64,000 bases of DNA, from IMG/VR virus record IMGVR_UViG_3300022602_000084, positions 3,133-67,132 of that record, one strand, 5' to 3'. Under the pieces are notes generated by a model. That model was not told where the DNA came from. It saw nothing but the letters and a program-made list of their open reading frames with translations, and did no database searches. A program made the translations under genes and the position numbers. Positions 58,528-64,000 of this stretch are shown in pieces; within the stretch, counting starts at the first letter, position 1; every line of letters begins with the position of its first letter. This DNA is from a virus.

Positions 58528-59263
58528 AAATGCATACGACAGTCACCAGCATAGTTTAGAAGTATTGAACACAATCTATGGCTATGATAGTTTTTTAGAT
58601 AGCTTGAGCGTTATTGCCGACATGGGATGCGGCGGGGCAATGGATAGCAGTTGGTGGGCCACGCTGACAACAAGAGATGATCCGCCCGAGCCACGTAACT
58701 ATTTGGTGTATGCAGTGGATCAAGATGTCGGCAAAATTGAGCCCGACATATTGGCACTTGAAAACATAAAAGTACTACAGGGCAATTTTGAGGAAAGAAT
58801 CATTCCCAGAGACGTGGATTTGATTTGGGCACATGATGTTTTTCAATATGCCCGAGATCCATTCAAGTGTTTGCGTACTTGGCGAGAAAGTATGAGTCTA
58901 AACGGCATGTTGATAATGAGCGTACCGCAAACAACCTATATGTATAACAATAGATTGATAGTATCCAATCACAGTCATCAATACTACAGTTACAATGTAT
59001 TAAACTTGATGTATATGTTGGCAGTATCGGGCTTTGATGCAAGAGATGCGTATTTTTATAGAAAACCCAACACACCGTGGTTATATGCCGGCGTGTATGC
59101 AGCCGCAGATCCACTGGAAAGTCATGTCAGCTGGTACGAACTGGCCGAGCGAAGACTTATTAACGATAGTGTAATAAATAGTGTAAACAAGTATGGATAT
59201 GCTCGCCTAGAGGATGTGATTGTCACGTGGTTTGACAAGAACTTGTATCAAATTAAAGACTAA
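58514..59263 (+). CDS. SAM-dependent methyltransferase-like protein
   Basis: IADMGCG motif I; YAVD; DLIWAHDVFQY; NGMLIMSVP. Confidence 0.78.
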   Translation: MALFKNAYDSHQHSLEVLNTIYGYDSFLDSLSVIADMGCGGAMDSSWWATLTTRDDPPEPRNYLVYAVDQDVGKIEPDILALENIKVLQGNFEERIIPRDVDLIWAHDVFQYARDPFKCLRTWRESMSLNGMLIMSVPQTTYMYNNRLIVSNHSHQYYSYNVLNLMYMLAVSGFDARDAYFYRKPNTPWLYAGVYAAADPLESHVSWYELAERRLINDSVINSVNKYGYARLEDVIVTWFDKNLYQIKD

Positions 59264-59273
59264 ATATAATATT

Positions 59274-60809
59274 ATGCGATTTTCAGAAATACTAGAACAC
59301 ATACAATTGGACGAAGCACAGGGCGGCATGGCCAAACGCTACCTCGAAACACAAAAAGGTCAAGCCATCAACTTTGTCGATAACCAAAAGAATCGTTATA
59401 CCATTGCCAATGTAACAGTATTTCCCGACGCAAGCAAGCCCAATATTCCAGTTAGCGATCTGGGTCAACTGTTAAAAGACACTGCCAAAAAATTACGAAT
59501 AGATACCAAGACCATACAGTTTACCAACCCTATACCGCAAGATCCCAACAAGTTGGGTGCAGGTATTTTGGTGGTAATGCAAGACGAACACAAACAGTTG
59601 CACAGTTTTTTTAGATACGAAGCAAAACGCAAACCGGATGCGATTGGCATACACTGGAGTCCCACCGACTTTGCCACTGCCACCGGCATCAAGTGGGAAG
59701 AGACTCGCATGAGCGGCAAGGGTGCAGACAAGACCGAACAAGTGATCGAACGTGTGGAGTTGAAGCCGCGTTTTTCAGTACCAACAAATACTCGTATTCC
59801 CTTGGCACAAGTGCCCGAACAATCGGCCGGTATGTTGAGCAAGGAAGTTGCATTTAAAAAGATCAAACGTGATGCATTTGAATCAAACAAAGTAGATTTA
59901 TTCAAACAATTGTTAACCAATGCACTGCTAGGCAGCAATGCCATGGTTCCGGGTCTGGCCCCGTACGAACGCGATATTCGTGTTGATTTTGGCGAAGTGG
60001 CCAGTCCATTGGCACTGGCATCAGGCAAAAATGTCGGCGGCGATTATAACAAAGTGCAATCGGACTTATTAAAAGACATGGGAGTTACTTGGAAAGGCAT
60101 CGCATCAGTAAACTATCCCGAAGCACAAAACGAAGCATTGTTTGACAGCATTTTGGTCTGGGGCAATGGCGAAACCTTACGTGTAAGCAACAAAGCCGAA
60201 GGCAAAGGCGGTGCTGCTAGTTTAGCAAGCATTATTGAAGTTATAGACAAGTATCCCGAGCGTTTTAACAGTGCTAAAGATCAAGCACTGCTAAATGGCA
60301 AATATGCCAAATTCGTCAATATTATTAGAGATTTGGTAGCAGTGAGTCCGGCTTGGAAAGGCGTTGTAGCTGCAGCCAAGAATCTAAAATTCATTGATGC
60401 CAAAGAAGAACAAATAATTATCGGTTACGCAGAAAACCGCGTTACTCGTGGTACAAAGGGATTGACGCCTAGATTGATAAAATACCTTAACGATCCAAAA
60501 GTAATGGCTGCAAAGACCGATGCTCCCGACTATGGTGTTTGCTTTCACTTGCTAGGATCAATGGCACGTTTGGTAGTGGGCTATTTGAACCAAGATGTTG
60601 AACTAAGCACAGAGTTTTTTAAGTTTGTGTTGAGCCGTGCTAATCTGATTCAGGTAAACCAATTCACACACAATGACGGTCAAGGTGGTGTGGGTTGGAG
60701 CCGATTTGATGTCAAATGGCCCCCAGTGTTTAATACCAAAATCAAATTCAGTGCCAGTGACTATCAAAGTAACAAAATGCCAACTTCGAGATTGGCTTTC
60801 AAAACCTAA
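59274..60809 (+). CDS. Hypothetical late protein, possible PD-(D/E)xK-like fold
   Basis: Starts MRFSEILE 7 nt after TAAATA; DFGEV...LFDSIL...VSNK. Confidence 0.7.
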   Translation: MRFSEILEHIQLDEAQGGMAKRYLETQKGQAINFVDNQKNRYTIANVTVFPDASKPNIPVSDLGQLLKDTAKKLRIDTKTIQFTNPIPQDPNKLGAGILVVMQDEHKQLHSFFRYEAKRKPDAIGIHWSPTDFATATGIKWEETRMSGKGADKTEQVIERVELKPRFSVPTNTRIPLAQVPEQSAGMLSKEVAFKKIKRDAFESNKVDLFKQLLTNALLGSNAMVPGLAPYERDIRVDFGEVASPLALASGKNVGGDYNKVQSDLLKDMGVTWKGIASVNYPEAQNEALFDSILVWGNGETLRVSNKAEGKGGAASLASIIEVIDKYPERFNSAKDQALLNGKYAKFVNIIRDLVAVSPAWKGVVAAAKNLKFIDAKEEQIIIGYAENRVTRGTKGLTPRLIKYLNDPKVMAAKTDAPDYGVCFHLLGSMARLVVGYLNQDVELSTEFFKFVLSRANLIQVNQFTHNDGQGGVGWSRFDVKWPPVFNTKIKFSASDYQSNKMPTSRLAFKT

Positions 60810-60873
60810 AAACTTGACCTAGTTATACGTTGAGTGTATACTTGACTGTAACAACTTTTCAAGGACAAACAAC

Positions 60874-61095
60874 ATGGACATGGATCAAGCAAGTGTATTC
60901 TTAGCGGGCAGTATTTTAACCGGTTTGGGATTCATTGTGATATCAATCGCAGTACTGGTAATCAATAATTTATTGGCAAAATATTGGAGACCGGTTAAAT
61001 GGATAAGATTTGAAGACATTCCGCCACCAAGATATGTCGAAATAGAGCCGGTTGCAAATGCGGCACCTACCACAACAACTACCTCGCAACAATAA
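60874..61095 (+). CDS. Small membrane protein
   Basis: One hydrophobic helix; AAGGA RBS; TTGACC-17-TATACT promoter upstream. Confidence 0.75.
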   Translation: MDMDQASVFLAGSILTGLGFIVISIAVLVINNLLAKYWRPVKWIRFEDIPPPRYVEIEPVANAAPTTTTTSQQ

Positions 61096-61148
61096 ATTTC
61101 TCCTATTAGTCCCATAAAAATATATTTGGTAAAAACCTATTATTTTGC

Positions 61149-61177
61149 TTGACTTAATTGTTAAATACTATTACAAT
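61149..61177 (+). promoter_or_regulatory. Sigma70 promoter of ahpC with embedded TAAATA
   Basis: TTGACT-taattgtTAAATActat-TACAAT (17-nt spacer). Confidence 0.8.
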
Positions 61178-61234
61178 AAGACATTAGTGAAAACACTAAT
61201 AAGTTTTCAAACAACATATTTAAAGGAGAAAAAT

Positions 61235-61780
61235 ATGAAAACAATCGGCGATAAATTAACACACTTTGCAGTAACCGGAGTCCGTCCTGGACAACCAGAA
61301 GATGCTTTCTTCACCATTGACGAGAACACATTTGAAGGTAAGTGGAAGATCATCGTATTTTACCCCAAAGACCAAACTTTTGTTTGCCCCACAGAAATTG
61401 TAGCGTATGACAAATTAAATCAAGATTTTATTGATCGTGATGCTGTATTACTAACAGGATCGACGGATAATGAGTTCTGTAAAACGGCTTGGCAAAGTAG
61501 CCACCCTGAACTAAAATTAATCACTCATAATCAATTCGCAGACACACAAAGAGGTGAGTTGAGTCTAGTTAATCAATTAGGAGTGTTTTTCAACCCGGCC
61601 GGAGCAGCTCTTCGTGCTACCTTTATTATCGATCCAGATAATGTTATCCAACATGTCACAGTTAATAACTTAAATGTCGGTAGAAATCCAGAAGAAACAC
61701 TTCGAATCTTAGACTCGATACAGACCGAGGAGCTGTGTCAGTGTAATAGACAAGTGGGCCAGGAAACACTAGGCAAGTAA
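61235..61780 (+). CDS. ahpC: Peroxiredoxin AhpC
   Basis: FYPKDQTFVCPTE, ALRATFIIDP, VGRN, ELCQCN; AAGGAG RBS places the start at 61235. Confidence 0.95.
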   Translation: MKTIGDKLTHFAVTGVRPGQPEDAFFTIDENTFEGKWKIIVFYPKDQTFVCPTEIVAYDKLNQDFIDRDAVLLTGSTDNEFCKTAWQSSHPELKLITHNQFADTQRGELSLVNQLGVFFNPAGAALRATFIIDPDNVIQHVTVNNLNVGRNPEETLRILDSIQTEELCQCNRQVGQETLGK

Positions 61781-61864
61781 ATGGAAAGGTTGGTGATAAA
61801 TAATAGTGTAGTTCGCGGGACAGGAATCCCCAACTACTCTAATGCTATAAAGGAGCAATCAGCA

Positions 61865-62677
61865 ATGATATTTATCACCAACAGATACACTCGTATCTAC
61901 TTTTCTATAATAGAAAACGCAAGATCAAGAGTATTACCAAAAGATCAATACAAAGAAATACACCACATTATTCCTCGTTCAATGGGCGGGGATAATTCTT
62001 CTGACAATCTAGTTGACTTAACTGCTAGAGAACATTTCATCTGTCATAAACTTTTAGTAAGAATGACCGACGGTGAATCTAGAGGTAAGATGGCGTTTGC
62101 GTTAGTATTGATGTCTGGAAAAAGAGGCAGTAAGATTTATGATTCTACTAGAAAACTTTTAGCAGAAAGAGTAAGTCAACTGCATACTGGAAAAAGTCCT
62201 ATTACTAACGGAATATTAGACAAAACTTTATTTAAAGATGAACCAATGCCAGATGGATTTTATTATGGATTCTCACCGGCTACTATAAAGAAACACGGCG
62301 AAGGGAATAAAGGCAAGAGATGGATCACTAACGGTAGTGTATCATATCAACCTAAGGATGATATTTTGCCTGAGGGATTTTACTACGGACTGGCCGAATA
62401 TCATAAGAAAAAGGTTAGTGAAGCATTAAGCGGATCTGGTAACCCTATGTATGGAAAATTTGGAATAGATCATCCGGCTTATGGAAATAAACTTACGGAT
62501 GAAACTAAAAAATTAATGGCAAAATCAAAACAAGGAAGTAAAAATCCTATGTTTTGTAAGATTCCAGCAAACGCGAAAACGGTAGTAATAGACGGAGTCA
62601 CTTACAGAAGTGCCACCGAAGCAAGACAGAAAACAGGTTTGTCAAGAGGAACAATAGAAAAACTTTATAAGGAATAA
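61865..62677 (+). CDS. Free-standing HNH homing endonuclease between ahpC and ahpD
   Basis: EIHHIIPRSMGG...NLVDLTAREHFICHKLL; NPMYGK modules and C-terminal HTH; AAGGAG RBS places the start at 61865. Confidence 0.88.
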   Translation: MIFITNRYTRIYFSIIENARSRVLPKDQYKEIHHIIPRSMGGDNSSDNLVDLTAREHFICHKLLVRMTDGESRGKMAFALVLMSGKRGSKIYDSTRKLLAERVSQLHTGKSPITNGILDKTLFKDEPMPDGFYYGFSPATIKKHGEGNKGKRWITNGSVSYQPKDDILPEGFYYGLAEYHKKKVSEALSGSGNPMYGKFGIDHPAYGNKLTDETKKLMAKSKQGSKNPMFCKIPANAKTVVIDGVTYRSATEARQKTGLSRGTIEKLYKE

Positions 62678-62681
62678 TAAA

Positions 62682-63200
62682 ATGAGTTGGGTAGATCAAA
62701 TTAAAGAAGCATTACCAGATTATGCCAAAGACATAAAATTAAATCTGGATTCAGTTATTAAAAGAAGTACCTTAACAGATGAAGTTGCTAATGCGTGTGC
62801 GTTAGCCGCGGCGTTTGCTACAGGTAATGGTAAATTAGTTACATTTGTTAGCAGTAATTTTACAGACGAACAAACTGTTGTTCGTGATGCCGCACTTACA
62901 GCGGCAAGTTTAATGGCAATGACAAACAGTTGGTATCCCTACGTTGAAATGGCCGATGATCCTGCACTTGCCGGCTTGCCAGCAGGCTTACGCATGAATG
63001 CCATTGCTAGCCATGGTGGTACAACTAAAAGCAATTTTGAAGCATTTAGTTTGGCTGCAAGCATTGTTGGCAAATGCGAGTTCTGCGTTAAGGCACACTA
63101 CGAAACACTCAAGAAGGAAGGCTACACAGTAGAACAACTTCGTGACATTGGACGTATTGCCTCAGTTATCAACAGTGCCGCAAAGGTATTGAACAACTAA
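62682..63200 (+). CDS. ahpD: Alkylhydroperoxidase AhpD
   Basis: LPDYAKDIKLNL; ASIVGKCEFCVKAH CxxC motif. Confidence 0.93.
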   Translation: MSWVDQIKEALPDYAKDIKLNLDSVIKRSTLTDEVANACALAAAFATGNGKLVTFVSSNFTDEQTVVRDAALTAASLMAMTNSWYPYVEMADDPALAGLPAGLRMNAIASHGGTTKSNFEAFSLAASIVGKCEFCVKAHYETLKKEGYTVEQLRDIGRIASVINSAAKVLNN

Positions 63201-63251
63201 GAGCAAGTGGATAAATTGTTGCGTAAAAAACAACAGTTTATCCAAATGCTA

Positions 63252-63280
63252 TTGACAACAGGACTAAATAAACTTACAAT
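63252..63280 (+). promoter_or_regulatory. Sigma70 promoter with embedded late core, heading the ncRNA/tRNA region
   Basis: TTGACA-acaggacTAAATAaact-TACAAT (17-nt spacer). Confidence 0.85.
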
Positions 63281-63286
63281 ACGAAT

Positions 63287-63421
63287 ATGATGCAAAACAC
63301 TATTAAACATTCGCAATTAACGCTAATAGCCAATTTGGGTCTAACCACCTATTGGTCACAGTTTAATGCAATGCCTGCGTCAATTACAAGTGATCGTGAA
63401 CCAGGAGAGGGTTTAAGTTAA
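63287..63421 (+). CDS. Putative attenuator leader peptide (44 aa, leaderless)
   Basis: ATG at the predicted transcription start; MMQNTIKHSQLTLIANLGLTTYWSQFNAMPASITSDREPGEGLS*; stop codon lies in the antiterminator arm. Confidence 0.65.
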   Translation: MMQNTIKHSQLTLIANLGLTTYWSQFNAMPASITSDREPGEGLS

Positions 63422-63479
63422 CGTATAATATCAAATCATATTTTAACTTAAACCCTGGACTAAACACCCAGGGTTTTTT
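63408..63479 (+). terminator. Attenuator: antiterminator (63408-63421/63443-63456) competing with intrinsic terminator (63450-63479)
   Basis: 14-bp perfect AGGGTTTAAGTTAA/TTAACTTAAACCCT overlaps AAACCCTGG-9 nt-CCAGGGTTTTTT. Confidence 0.8.
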
Positions 63480-63493
63480 AATGAGGAAAGAAA

Positions 63494-63634
63494 ATGGGAA
63501 CAGAGAAAAAGAAGTTAACCGAGCAATTACCTTCTGTTCTTACACCAGAACAAAGGTTGGCTTTGTTAGAAGCCAAGTTAAAACGTGCCGAGGCCACAGC
63601 CCGAGCCCTTGCTGAACAAGCAAAGCGTTTATAA
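63494..63634 (+). CDS. Small coiled-coil hypothetical protein (46 aa)
   Basis: GAGGA RBS; MGTEKKKLTEQLPSVLTPEQRLALLEAKLKRAEATARALAEQAKRL*; below the ORF-track size cutoff. Confidence 0.6.
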   Translation: MGTEKKKLTEQLPSVLTPEQRLALLEAKLKRAEATARALAEQAKRL

Positions 63635-63649
63635 TTTAGCAAAATGTTA

Positions 63650-63945
63650 CAGGAAACGAGGTCCTGAGATCATTAAAATCTCAAACGGGCGGACTGCAGG
63701 ATGAATCCCACAAGGAGAAAAATTGCAGGCTAGGGTATAACCCTATCATATCCTCTACCAAGAGGGTATTCTAAAACACATCGGATGAATATTCCTGGGG
63801 GCACTGAGAGCCCGCCGAGGCAGACACGGATCCCGTGATAACCGATGTGTTTTAGAATACAACACCCAGACGAAAGAAGCCGATAGATTGATAAACTATG
63901 CCGGGGCAGTTCGCAAGATAAGTGTTCCAACTGTGGTGTTGTATT
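63650..63945 (+). ncRNA. Cluster of candidate structured ncRNAs
   Basis: Dense hairpins; 19-bp perfect stem 63766-63784/63842-63860; 11-bp stem 63856-63866/63935-63945. Confidence 0.55.
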
Positions 63946-63953
63946 ACCTATTG

Positions 63954-64000
63954 GGAAGGCCAATCCAAATGGCGATGGAACCGGTCTTGAAAACCGCCGA
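63954..64000 (+). tRNA. tRNA-Ser (anticodon TGA), truncated by the window end
   Basis: GGAAGGC acceptor 5' strand, D-loop with TGG, anticodon arm CGGT-CTTGAAA-ACCG; 3' half not visible. Confidence 0.75.

Noticed and set aside
3605-60028. Numerous short antisense or alternate-frame ORFs inside long genes
   Set aside because: They are shadow ORFs of codon-biased genes, with no independent signals.
54333-61864. ORF-track N-terminal extensions at 54333, 59220, 61145 and 61781
   Set aside because: They run through promoters or leaders. RBS and promoter positions support starts at 54384, 59274, 61235 and 61865.
63795-63840. TPP riboswitch or HDV-like (theta) ribozyme suggested by GGGG...CTGAGA
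   Set aside because: The rest of the TPP consensus and the nested double-pseudoknot pattern could not be found.
63730-63963. 77-aa ORF on the - strand
   Set aside because: It is antisense to structured RNA and the tRNA, with no RBS or recognisable motif.
1-64000. Alternative genetic code (stop-codon reassignment)
   Set aside because: Core genes are full length in code 11, and TAA, TAG and TGA all end genes at expected positions.

Overview
This 64 kb window is a segment of a large T4-like (Tevenvirinae-related, probably jumbo) myovirus genome in the standard genetic code. It carries head genes (gp20/21/22/23-like), neck and tail genes (gp13/14/15/18/19, tape-measure-like, tail fibres), packaging genes (gp4, gp16, gp17), recombination and replication genes (gp46, gp32, UvsX, UvsY, dNMP kinase), auxiliary genes (AhpC, AhpD, two 2OG-Fe(II) oxygenases, Nudix, methyltransferase), several GIY-YIG/HNH homing endonucleases, and the start of a tRNA region at the right edge. 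Highlights: (1) a candidate ribosome-coupled attenuator, made of a leaderless 44-codon leader ORF with diverse codons plus mutually exclusive antiterminator and terminator hairpins, in front of the ncRNA/tRNA region; (2) a terminase gene fractured by an atypically split intein with a free-standing HNH gene between the halves; (3) a ~350-nt highly structured noncoding RNA candidate right after a GIY-YIG gene; (4) a likely -1 frameshift extending the gp26-like chaperone gene; (5) many apparently leaderless late genes and late promoters embedded in hairpins. All calls come from motif recognition and manual base-pairing; no database search or folding software was run.
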